64,000 nt of DNA from Octopus sinensis (GCF_006345805.1 NC_042998.1:110670001-110734000), one strand, 5' to 3'; shown: positions 42,088 through 54,350, counted from the stretch's first letter. The notes: generated by a model from the letters alone, not told the origin. A program made the numbers and translations.

Positions 42088-42319
42088 TGTTTCTTTATTA
42101 CCCACAAGGGGCTAAACATGGAAGGGACAAGCAAGACCAGACAAACGGATTAAGTCGATTACGTCGACCCCAGTGCGTAACTGGTACTTAATTTATCAAC
42201 CCCGAAAGGATGAAAGGCAAAGTCGACCTCAGCGGAATTTCAACTCAGAACGTAACGGCAGACGAAACACAGCTACTTATTTCGCCCAGCATGCTAACGG
42301 TTCTGCCAGCTTGCTGCAT
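42088..42319 (-). mobile_element. tRNA-derived SINE (main family, tail type 1) with perfect 23-bp TSD
   Basis: TSD tttaactggagatttgtccaatc at 42065-42087 and 42320-42342. Confidence 0.93.
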
Positions 42320-43469
42320 TTTAACTGGAGATTTGTCCAATCAACACCACATTGGTTTGATGTAGGCTGTTCTTGTACTCTACACATGACCAAAATTCTT
42401 CGCATTCCTTTAATAATGAGCTTAAAAGTGTCTTGTTTCGCTGTTTTCAAATCAATTTCGTTGTAGCATTCTTGCTATTTTGATTTTGTGTTTGTATATA
42501 AGCAAACTTTTATCATTACGAGTATTGGGTATGGTTTCTGTATACAGGGAGACAATGAAGAAGAACTAGTAAATTAATGGGCTTGGTTTATACATAATTC
42601 TCTTTTGAAAGCAATGATTTTAAGTATGTTATTTTATCAGTGAGACTGTTGCACTCAAATAATTGTTTTACGAAATAAATAAACCCAAAATAATACTGCT
42701 CAATCTGGGTGACAGTTTGTTTCAGCATTATCGGATTTAGACTCTCATCATAGACTAGAGCGTTAGATAGTCTAATCCTTTATATTGATAACAATATAAA
42801 CTTTAATTACTTTACATTATTTCCTATGATATCAGAGAATTATTATTTCTCTATTTGATAAACCTTTCCGTCTGCTAAACTAAAACACATGTTTAGCTAG
42901 TATTGTCGAACAATGTATATTGAGAAATAAAGTAGGAACAAGTTTATTCTTTTCAAATGAATACGTCTGCTGCTTGTCAACTAAGTTATCTATTTCTTTC
43001 TAATTCCACGTCGATAAATTTATGCGTTTATTTGTTTGTTATAAATGATTGCATGGCATTAATAAACGAGCACACACACACACACACATATATATAAAAT
43101 ATATACACACATACACACACACACACACACGCACACACACACATATATATGAAATATATACACACATACACACACACACACATATATATATACACATATA
43201 TACACACACACACACACACATATATATATGAGAAAAACAATTAGTTTTAAATCTACTATATATTATAATTATATACATAATCATAACAAGAGATCGGCTT
43301 TACGCCTCACCACGCACTGCGTAAAGCCGATCACTTGTTCTATTTATGTATATATTTATAAAATATTTTGTAAAATTTACCTGTGAGGTTTCTATTTCCT
43401 CACTGACCACCTGGTAAAATTACTATTGAGTTTACCCTTTTAGTATAATATATATATGTATATATATAT

Positions 43470-43979
43470 TGGTACAGGACGTCACGAACAGTGGAAATGA
43501 TATGAAATACGTAAACGAACGAGTTAAATACGTATATAACGATAAAAAAAAATGGAAAACAGGACAAATAAACGGAGAGAAAGGACCCTTCATCAGTTGT
43601 CGGCTGTTTATCTACCCTTCATTTCGAGCATTCAAAGATAATATGAGCCTTCAAAGACAATTGCTCTCATAAATTCTAAAATAAAATTTAGGATTTATGG
43701 AGGGTCAAACTTGGGAACAAAAACATGACAGTGGAGATATACAAGGAAATCCATCGAAAACAAAAATGGAGGGTCGTTAGACCAGAACGAGAGAAAAATA
43801 GTGAACGCTGGGAGAAATATTTTTTTAAAAAGAAGAAAGATAGTAGTGAGAGAGAGAAAAAGAGAAAACAAGTCCGTTCTTAAAATGAGCGTGAGAAATT
43901 AGATATTAATTTAATTAACATCGATTTCACACCAGTGGTCTTGCATATAAAATAACTGAAGGTTCAGTAAAATTACTAC

Positions 43980-44040
<61 letters not shown>

Positions 44041-44515
44041 CATATATGGGTACAGGACGTCACCAACGCTGCAAATAACATGAAATGCGTAAACAACGAG
44101 AGAAAATGGAAAACAGGACAAGCAAACACGGAGAAAGGACCCTTCATCAGTTGTCGGCTATTTATCTACCCCTCATTTCGAGCATTCAACGACTATATGA
44201 GTCTTCAAAGACAGTTTTTCCCTTATGTTCTGAAATAAAATTTACGATTTATGGAGGGTCAATGTTGGGAACAAAAACATGACAGTGGAGATATACAAGG
44301 ACATTGAACAAAAACAAACAGTGGGGTCGTTAGACCAGAACAAGAGGAAAATATTTTTTGAATACAGGAAACATAGAAGAAAAAAGAGAGAGAAAAAGAG
44401 AAAACAAGTCCGTTCTTAAAATGAGCGTGAGAAATTAGATATTAATTTAATTAACATCGATTTCACACCAGTGGTCTTGCATATAAAATAACTGAAGGTT
44501 CAGTAAAATTACTAC

Positions 44516-44582
<67 letters not shown>

Positions 44583-45000
44583 CATATATGGGTACAGGAC
44601 GTCACCAACGCTGCAAATAACATGAAATGCGTAAACAACGAGAGAAAATGGAAAACAGGACAAGCAAACACGGAGAAAGGACCCTTCATCAGTTGTCGGC
44701 TATTTATCTACCCCTCATTTCGAGCATTCAACGACTATATGAGTCTTCAAAGACAGTTTTTCCCTTATGTTCTGAAATAAAATTTACGATTTATGGAGGG
44801 TCAATGTTGGGAACAAAAACATGACAGTGGAGATATACAAGGACATTGAACAAAAACAAACAGTGGGGTCGTTAGACCAGAACAAGAGGAAAATATTTTT
44901 TGAATACAGGAAACATAGAAGAAAAAAGAGAGAGAAAAAAAAGACAGGTCTGTTCTTTTAGACGTCCGTGCAGGAAAAGAAATATGGTCACGTGAGGAAA
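43470..45000 (-). repeat. Tandem triplication of a non-coding unit separated by (TA)n (units ~43470-43982, 44048-44518, 44590-45000; period of units 2/3 = 542 bp)
   Basis: Each unit starts (+ strand) gtacaggacgtcac and contains ggacccttcatcagttgtcggct; units 2 and 3 nearly identical over most of their length, unit 1 diverged. Confidence 0.95.
44139..44201 (-). ncRNA. Candidate non-circularly permuted hammerhead ribozyme (also 43585-43647 and 44681-44743)
   Basis: RNA: CUCA-UA-UAGUCG-UUGAAU-GCUC-GAAA-UGAG-(15 nt)-CGACAA-CUGAUGA-A-GGGU; all three core segments flanked by mutually complementary strands. Confidence 0.6.
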
Positions 45001-45059
45001 AATATATATGTATGTATATACATATATATTTGTATTTATGCAAGATACATTCCAAAGGT

Positions 45060-45450
45060 TTCCTGATTCTTGGAGGAGATGCAATTATTAATTTCTAAGT
45101 ACAAAACTCCTTCAAAATAGGAATCTCTGACTTCAATGCCCATGTCCCCTAATGAATGTACCATAGAAGTTCTCCAATGTGAATGTTTTTAGAACTTTTG
45201 TCACAACCTCCATATTATCAATGAATTCAAAACAGATACCTCTGACGTTCTGCTTCAGCCTGAGAAATAACTAAAAGTCACAGAAAACAAGGTCTAGAGT
45301 GCATTGAGTGTGAGGGAAAGTTGTGATGCTTACCTCAAGTAATTCTTTATCTAGATTGAATTGTGGACGGTGCAAAGGCCTATTGCAGATGCGCTGCAGA
45401 TCTTGGAACGAAAGAGAATGTTACCAAGCCACTGAAAAGGTCGTGAGCAG
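45060..45450 (+). mobile_element. Possible decayed LINE apurinic-endonuclease fragment
   Basis: KIGISDFNAHVP resembles the APE GDFNAH motif; rest degenerate. Confidence 0.35.
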
Positions 45451-47625
45451 TGAAAAAAGAACATTAACAAACAACCGACTAATTGTTTAAACAATCGTAT
45501 AAGTACTTGGTTTAGTTGCATAACCAATTAACAAACAATAAAGAAGTTGAATGAAACCCGTGTATGTGTTATTATTATTGGCGTCATTACTCTTCGAACA
45601 CAAAACAAAATTTGTTTCAACGCACGAATTCATATCAAACCAAAAACCAAAATGATCTAAGGAGAGAGATGACCGCACAAAGTAATATAATGATATTTAA
45701 AAGTACCGGAGGTTCCACAGAAAGATCCAAATGCTATGTTAGAAACTGAGGAATGCCAGTCTATGGGACCTGACGTGAACATCGGAAGAAAGGTTGATGG
45801 TTAGTTACGTGACAGAATGCTATTTAATCTTGAAGCGGACAAAAGGAGAATGTTTTAAACGTGCGTCATGGCGCGTTATATGTATATATAAAGATGAAGG
45901 TTTAAAAGTATTGTGGCATTGGTTAGTGTAGATGTGGGATATTTTAGTATATGTGAACTTGCTTAAAGGGTTGTTTGAATGTTTGTATTTGAGAAAGTGA
46001 TTTCGTAAATGTAAGTGTACATTCAGGCATAACAGAAGACGGACTCTGTGTGTTGGGAAGTGATGACTGAAGGGAGGTCTGCATGTATACATATATACAC
46101 AGGAGTATATATGTACATGAATATAAATATATCTGTATGTACATACACATATATGTCTGCGCGTGAGTGGATACACGAAAGCGGAGGCGTATGTGTACTG
46201 TCAAGCCTTATCAATCAGTTCAATGATCAGTCACGAGAAAGAGAAGACAAGACTTTCCGATCCTTATTCCCGTTTATTAAAACGTTCACCATGTTATAAG
46301 CAAGATACCTTGAATCACAACCTAACTGTATATTTTAGGTAACATATGGTTATATGTCGTTATTCATATTTATATCTAAATAGACGCATGCCATGTTAGG
46401 CCACTAAACTGGAAATGAAAATTTCACCAGCGTGCTAGAAAAATCAGTCAAGTATACTGTAAGTCACTAGATAGCTTGAGAAGGAATGAGATAGATGTAT
46501 TGTACAATGTGGACTGATGTACAAAGAAAATAATCGCGAATTCAAAGTATCTCAAAATAGGTCCATGGGAATGTTCTCTGAATTTCAGATTCATCCCACG
46601 TTCTTATGTGCAACATGCCGTGCCATAGTATATCACTCAATAATTTACAGACAGAGAAGTAGTAGCTCCTTTAGTTAATTTCGCAGATTAGTAGCGGAAT
46701 GAGTTCTATGTATAGAACCAAGATTTGAAACGAATACATCTTAGTGCTTTTAACTACCGTAAGATAACCACATTGACAAAATGCTTTTTATTATATCTCT
46801 AGTGGTATGATTACCGGAGCAGGTGTTAGATACAATGTAAAGAAAGATTGAATGTGAGATTTCTCTTAAATAATTGATTGTTAGAGAAAGTACATGTAAA
46901 TATACACAACGATTTTACAGCCCTCAAGATCATGAGGAATCTACATAATGGAAAATATATGTTATGATAAATTTACAAGACAGTCTTAAAATGATAATAT
47001 ATGGAATATCAAAATTATGGAGAAAAATGTTTTAAATCGTAAATCAAATATTAAAAATGCTAGTCAACGTATTGAAAATTAAAGCTTCGACACATTTTTA
47101 ATTATCTAAATAGATTAGCACTAATTTAAAGATAATGTTTGAAGCGAATAAACGATACCATGTGAAAATTTTAAACATAGTTTAATTATAATTCCGACAC
47201 GAAATGCCAGACAAAAATCAGATTAAACGGGTAATAACTGACATGAATTTTATCATCTAGAATATAGACATCATTTCAAATTTTTATCAGACTTGACACA
47301 GAGAAGAAAATATCTCCTTAATTTTAACAGAGATACAATCTAGAAATGATTATTGCGCAGGAAAGATGGTAGCAGAAATCTTTACTCTGTAACTAAAAGT
47401 TTTACATAGATAAATATATACATATCAATACACAGTAGTAATTCTTTATAAGTTCGATTAAGCAGGTAAGGAAGAAAACTTTCTCGTTGTGGGTCGTCAC
47501 AGTTTCTCACTTATATATTGTTGGTGTTAAACTTGGTGACGTGTGAAACAAGGTTCTAAAGAGCAAAAATTGTGTGTATGCTAACCTGTTTGTGTGCGCG
47601 TCTGTGTGTGGGTGTTAACGTGGTT

Positions 47626-47660
<35 letters not shown>

Positions 47661-48530
47661 CGAGATCTGATCAATTAGTATCCGGACATTTGCCATAGTG
47701 ATGTAGCTAAAGCACGCAGAATGAAGCCGCTCGACACAGATTGAACTTGAATTCTGCTGTGCATGCCCACTATGTTTTAACGTTCTAGATCACTTCTGCT
47801 GTTTACAGAAGTGCTTGGAAGGAAGGTGTGTTGCGTGTGATCGTCGCATTGACCATAACAAAGAAAGCTGTCATGGCGATACCCGCTCAGAGGCCTACAC
47901 AGAGTTGCAGAAAACGTATGGAGAGGAGTGTATGTGCCGCACACAAGTGTACAAATCGTTCAGACGTTTCCAAGATGGCCGAATAAATGGCAATATTCAC
48001 GAGACCCGCAACCAGTGGAAGTGAGAAAAACATCGCAATTCTACGTGCAGCTGTAAGGGGAAATCGTCGAATCACCATCTGTAAGTTATCATCAGATGTG
48101 CAGATTAGTTATGGTTCAGTTCAGTCCATTATCACTGGGTACGAGACGTGTGTCTGCCAAGTTTGTGACCAAACCGCTTTCATTTGACAAAAAAGACACT
48201 CGGGTTTTAGTTGCACAAAATCTTGATTGTGTCGAGAACGATTAAAACGTTTTTGAAAACTTTACGTAGGCCACTGAGCAGGTGTCACCAAGCTTTTAGA
48301 AAAATTTGATACAGTTCTCAGTTCAACTTTCTCGGTTACGGTCAGTGCGACAATCACACGCTACACACGTTCCTTCTAAGCACTGCTGTAAACAGAGGAA
48401 GTGATCTAGAAAGGTAAAACTGTGCTGCACACAGCAGAGTTCAAGGTCAGTCTGTGCCATGCAGTTTCACTCTGCGTACTTTAGCTTTGTTACTATAGCA
48501 ACAGTCCGGATATTTATTGATCAGACTACG
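47661..48530 (+). mobile_element. Mariner-derived non-autonomous fold-back element (5' end present in inverted orientation at both ends)
   Basis: TIR cgagatctgatcaattagtatccggac vs revcomp cgtagtctgatcaataaatatccggac; HTH fragment CHGDTRSEAYTELQKTYGEECMCRTQVYKSFRRFQDGR; right arm 48266-48530 is an inverted copy of 47661-47898. Confidence 0.88.
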
Positions 48531-49169
48531 TATGTACACACAAACACACACACATGCATGCGAAAATGTATGGGCAGAAATTAATATGGATCTCGAAGAT
48601 CCACAAATACAAAGAAAGATTTCCTGGATATCTTTGGGGGAAAAGCAAATAACCCTTTCATTATCCCTCTCTCTTGCTTTCTCTTTTACTTTCTCTCTCT
48701 CTACCTATCTACTTCCCTATGTATCTATCTTCCACTAGATTTGTAATTAAGTACGTACCACTTAAATAGAATGTGCCTGAATTTATATGGTAAATATCCG
48801 TGTGATATCTAGTTTTCCTATATCAAGTAGTAACCATTATGCTCCATACGTAAAACTATATATTTAAACATTTTTGCAGCACATATGGAATGAAGATACT
48901 ACATGTAAATTAAAACTTTATTTACGCAAAGAATATTTCTATCTGGCTTCACAAGTAATTATATACTTAATTATCTTTAAATGATATACTTAATTATCTT
49001 TAAATTAGTAACCAGTAATAATACACAATCTCTGATGCTATTTATTCATAAGCCACCTACGATTAGTGTTTTTAAAATAATATACTTTCACGGTTCTTAA
49101 TTCAACAGTCAAACGTAGGGTTACCTTAGTTTTTACAGCCGTATCAGGTTTCCAAATCATCATCATCTC

Positions 49170-49290
49170 TCCACATGGCAAACGTATACCTTCTGTCCTG
49201 ACAAGTTTTCTGCGTCTCATCACCATCGTAAGCACATTTTGAGAGGCCAAATTCCATCTTATCATTATTCTGAGAGCAGGCCATGACTAG
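49170..49290 (-). mobile_element. Small internal R4/Dong-like RT fragment
   Basis: KMEFGLSKCA / TMVMRRRKLVRTEGIRLPCGEM matches the MEFG..KCA..MKRGK....GI.LP.GE segment of the other copies. Confidence 0.6.
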
Positions 49291-50173
49291 GGTGGCCAAA
49301 CTCACAGAGAAATGGTCAGAAAGGAAGCTGTCGCTGAAAGGCTAGGTGGAAGTAGCGAATGCCTAGCCGTCGTACCTTGTCTTAAGAAAACTCTAATCAG
49401 ATTGGAGCGCTTATTTTCCGATTCTTATACAAGGGTCAGATTCCGCTGGTCAGAAAAGTCGCACCTAGGTGGTCTTAGGATGCAATATTTAATGATGCGG
49501 CGCCGCACTTCGGGTCGAAGATCATGGACAATTCTCATAAGTCTTTGGCTTGGCAATGCTACAGAGAGGCATTGCCTGTTCGAGACAAGCTCTTTAGGTA
49601 TGGAAGTTCTAACAACCGAACCTGCCCGAAATGCTTACAAGGGGGATGAAACTGCCCTGCATTCAGTGTCCGTGCATTATAGAGTTGAGGGATTGTGTGG
49701 AGCAGCTGTTGTCGTGTGTAAGATGAATTCAACTGTTTGCCGAGTGTATAGTGAAGATCGAAGCAGCACCTTCCCTTAGCAGAGATGGATGGCAGATCTT
49801 TCCCTACTTAGTGGCTGTGACAAAAGAGGCTGTGTGGTGAACCCGTCTGAAATATGTGAATACAGACACATTCCTCATCAATTTCTTCAAATATCATTTG
49901 AAGAGGAAGCTGAGGGTAGAGAGGTAGGTGCTGCCTTCTAGTGTGTTCGAGTGTGTTCGAGGTGGTCGAGAGTGGTACGACTGGTGAGACTGAAGGAATC
50001 TACTCGGAATATGATTTTCAAAGCCGGAGAAAAGAAAGGGAAGATGAGAAAAGAAACTGGAAGCAGGAGGGAAGATTTCCCATGACTTGGAGACGCCTGA
50101 GTAATGCAGGATTTGTGTGGGGGGTTTACCCCGGATTACCCTAAGTTGACTATCCCACTAATGGGGAGTCTAT

Positions 50174-50208
<35 letters not shown>

Positions 50209-50378
50209 TTATTTGTTTCTCTACTTTCTATTGTATATCCTCCGTTGCATCCATTAATTTGGTAGTCTTACCCCTTGATTAATGATAACCCCACAGGTTT
50301 TGTTTTTTAATCTTTCTGTGTTGTAACTCGTCGTTCGATATTGTCGCCGTGCCTTGGACCCTTGTGGCCAATAAAAAA
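49290..50378 (+). mobile_element. L1/Tx1-clade LINE 3' end (decayed ORF2 tail, 3' UTR, aataaa, then (CAT)n)
   Basis: LTEKWSERKLSLKG, HLGGLRMQYLMMRR and TCPKCLQGDETALH (C-terminal zinc motif) in broken frames. Confidence 0.7.
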
Positions 50379-50394
50379 CTCATCATCATCATCA

Positions 50395-50434
<40 letters not shown>

Positions 50435-50435
50435 C

Positions 50436-50487
<52 letters not shown>

Positions 50488-50538
50488 TATTATTATTATT
50501 ACTATTGTTGTTGTTGTTGTTATTGTTGTTATTATTAT

Positions 50539-50885
50539 CAATCTTGTTTCCATTTCTGGTCGAGTGTTTTTCCGACTCCTAGAGCAAAGTAACTCACGTT
50601 AATTTAAACGCTACAGATCTTTTCAGTTGAAACAATCTTTTGCACTTCTTGCAGAGATGGTAAACCAGGGTTCATTCTCAAATGATTTCCATATCCTTTT
50701 TTGATCATTCATAGCGCTCCTACTATCATTGGCATTGCAAACACCTTGAAATGCCACATATTTTTCAATTTCAATGGGCAGATCTTTGTACTTTCTGAGC
50801 TTCTCAAATTCTTTTGGTGAGATATTATGATCATCATTAAACAAAAACGTATCCTCAATGCCAAAGCAAAAGCACCTCTTTTGCT
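50539..50885 (-). mobile_element. R4/Dong family B-like, diverged 3' fragment B4 on the minus strand
   Basis: DHNISPKEFEKLRKYKDLPIEIEK plus family-B 3' UTR (ctaggagtcgg.aa.acactcg..agaaatggaa); followed on its own strand by (TAA/CAA)n. Confidence 0.85.
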
Positions 50886-51349
50886 TTCGTTGTACATGAA
50901 GCAACGTCCGTATGGTTCAGGTGACGAAAAGACGATAAGATTTAAAAACAAAACAATGAAATACGACAATACATTTTGTTAAATGTAATCGGCCGCACGC
51001 CCTACCTGAGTCTATACTTGATCAGCGACTGCCTCTTAATCAAAAAGACGAGTTGCAGAAGCATTATCCGACAAAAAGTGACTACACCTGCTCACCGTCA
51101 GAGAAGCACTGCAAATTTCGTGACCTCAGTGCATGGCTGCACATCAGGGGCCACAAGATGCAGGTGTTGATAACAAATGGATAGCCTTACAACTGGAACG
51201 CTTCCCTTTCACAGAAAGTAGAGGTGTAGGCGCTCCAGTTTAGTCAGACTTAAACTGGGGCAAAGCACAACGATTTAGACGTACTATATAACGGACTTGA
51301 TAAATGTATTTGCTACCTCTGCCCGGCCTTATAATGATAATAATAATAT

Positions 51350-51720
51350 TTGCAGCACCAGACAATAGCTTTCATATAGATTCTGATTTTAACACATTGA
51401 AAGTGTTATCATGTAATGTTTTGTCTTGGTGTAAAAGATAGGTTTCAGTAAATACTCAGCCCAATACTACAGATTTGTTCGTCAGTTGTTTGATTTAAGC
51501 AGATGAACATGTTCTTAAGTGGTTGTTGATATGTGCATCTTTCATCACAAGTAGGAGTACAGGGTAAGCATCATAGTCATGTATTGAGAGAAATTGTTTG
51601 GGATTTGAATAAATCACCCCCGGAAACATGGATATTTTGTTCAGCATCCTTATACAACCGTTGTTCAGGGACCTTGACTATCTCAGAGTCAATTTGATGG
51701 TGTGCATTGCTCTCTCACTT
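51350..51720 (+). mobile_element. Element X, older internally deleted copy X2
   Basis: Shares aa.tgttatcatgta...ttttgtcttggt.taaaagat, cagatttg, gatatgtgcatct, agcatcatag.catgt and the 3' end with X1; TAA-rich on both sides. Confidence 0.75.
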
Positions 51721-51760
51721 TGTAGTAATAATAATATTTGTAATGATAATAATAGTATTA

Positions 51761-51821
<61 letters not shown>

Positions 51822-51871
51822 TAATAATAATAACGATAATAATGATAATAATAATAATAATAATAATAATA

Positions 51872-51913
<42 letters not shown>

Positions 51914-53955
51914 GGATTGACTATAAGAAGGCCTTCGACAGTATACCGCATCCATGGATCTTGAGATCGCTGGACATCTTCAAAATTTCCCCTGTGATTT
52001 CAAACTTCCTGAAGCACAATATGTCGTTGTGGAATACGAATCTCCAATTATACCACTCTAATGGAGTACTTGCCTCAGAAAATATAAACATCAACTGTGG
52101 AATTTTTCAAGGTGACTCACTTTCACCTTTAATATTCTGCAAAGCCCTAATACCCCTTACAAGTGAATTAAACAGAACAGGGTATGGGTATAAAATTGCC
52201 AATAAAAAAATAAATAAATAAAATAAAAATAAGCCATCTATTTTATATGGATGACTTAAAACTGTATGGTAAAGACAATAATGAACTTGAAGGCCTATTG
52301 CGCACCGTGAAAGCATTCAGCGATGACATCGGGATGGAGTTTGGACTTGAGAAGTGTGCCAAGGCCACTTTCCAGAAAGGGAAAGTGAAGACCACAAATT
52401 CAGTCGTGTTAGATGTTGACACAGTCATAAGAGAGATTGAGCAAGAACAAACATACAAATAGTTAGGGATAAATGAAGGCTCTGGTATTCAGCATGCAAG
52501 CATGAAAGAGAGAATCAGGAAGGAATGTTATAGGAGAGTTCGTGCAGTCCTGAAATCTGAACTAAATGCACGTAACAAGGTGTTAGCTATAAATTCCTTA
52601 GCAGTTCCAGTTGTTACTTATAGCTACAATGTGTTGAACTGGAATATGAGTGAAGTAAAGAATATAGATAGGAAAATACGCAAGCTGCTGAGTTGTAATA
52701 GGATGCACCACCCAAAGGCAGACGTAGATCGCCTTTACCTTCCCAGAGCCCAAGGAGGTCGAGGCCTGATCCAATTTGAACTAGCTTACAAATCAACCAC
52801 AATTGGACTGGCCAAATATCTCGAAATATCGAATGACTGGATGCTAAAGCTCGTGGAAAATCACGAGAGACGAAAGAAGCTTCATTCTATCATCAAGGAA
52901 AGCAAAAAAATTGCTATTGATCTCGTGCAGGATACCCAAACTGAACAACCCGAGGGAAGTACGGCAACTATTGTTGCAAAGAAGGTGAAAATGATGGCAA
53001 TGAAAAAAGCGCACGAGCAATTGGCTGATAGGTGGGAGGAGAAACCTCTGCACGGCAAATATGTGACCCGCAGCAAACAAGCTGATGTTGACCAGAAGCA
53101 AACCCATCAGTGGCTACGGAGCTCAGGGCTAAAAGCAGAGAGCGAAGGTTTCATCCTGGCTGCTCATGATCAAAGCCTATTAACCCGGAACTACCAGGCC
53201 AATGTGATGAAAAATGGAGCACACCCAAAATGCCGATTCTGCAACGACATGATTAAAACAGTGGACCACCTAATCTCTGGATGTAAAGTCTTAGCACCAG
53301 TGGAGTATAAATTAAGACATGACAGAGTTGGCCAATATCTCCACTGGCTAATTAGTCGGCATTACAATATCAAAACTGCCGACAAGTGGTATAATCACCA
53401 CCCTGAGGCTGTAACTGAAGGAGAAAATGTAACCATTCTGTGGGACTTTCCAGTACATATAGACCGAACCATCAAGGCCAATAAACCAGATATTGTTGTG
53501 AAAGACCAAAACAATAAAGTTTGCTTATTGATCGACATGAGCATCCCCTGTGATCATAATATCTCAGCTCAGAAAATATAAAGACCTACTCATTGAAATT
53601 GAGAAAATGTGGCATCTCAAGGCGGTTACAATACCAGTGATCGTAGGAGCACTAGGAATGATCAAGAAGGGAACCGAAAATTATATGAGAATGATCCCTG
53701 GCTTACCATCCCTGCAAGAAGTGCAAAAGATTGTCTTAACTGGTACATCACACGTATTGAGAAGAGCGTTGTCGATGTGAGAACTGTTGCTGCTCATGTA
53801 TTTTAATTTAACTTAAAAAAAAAAAATTTAAAAATGAGCGAACTACTGAGTTTGGTTTAATGGCCTACCAATGTATACTATGAGTTTCTTTGCCCTAGGA
53901 GTCGGGAAGACACTCGGCAAGAAATGGAAGCAAATTTGAAAGAAGAAAAAAAAAA

Positions 53956-53956
<1 letters not shown>
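51914..53956 (+). mobile_element. R4/Dong family B, 5'-truncated copy B2 (same premature TAG, 52460-52462)
   Basis: Near-identical to B1; begins at IDYKKAFDSIPH; ORF 52502-53581; (TAAA) expansion near 52210 and small deletion near 53567. Confidence 0.93.
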
Positions 53957-53998
<42 letters not shown>

Positions 53999-54001
<3 letters not shown>

Positions 54002-54289
54002 ATAATTCACCTCTGGAAACATGGGTGGTTCTTTCAACATCCTTAAACAACCCTTATTCAGGGACCTTTTGAGCGGGATGGGCTACTCAACCCGAAGAAA
54101 ATTCTAATTGGGCCCCACCTGCAAGGTCATGTGCTGCGTATCTTGATATGAGATCACCATGTCGCGCACATATGGTTGTGATGCATGTGCCTGGTGTACC
54201 CTTATCAGACGGGTAGTCATGATGGGTATATTGGGTTTCGTATATTTTACCCCAGTGTCACATTGATGGCATGCACTGCTCTCTCACTC
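53999..54289 (+). mobile_element. Element X, 5'-truncated copy X3
   Basis: Colinear with the 3' half of X1; ends ctctctcactc then (AAT)n. Confidence 0.85.

Positions 54290-54348
<59 letters not shown>

Positions 54349-54350
<2 letters not shown>

Noticed and set aside
43470-45000. CRISPR-like or gene-family interpretation of the triplicated unit
   Set aside because: Units are ~500 bp without unique spacers or cas genes in eukaryotic DNA; the duplicated 65-aa ORFs have no recognisable domain
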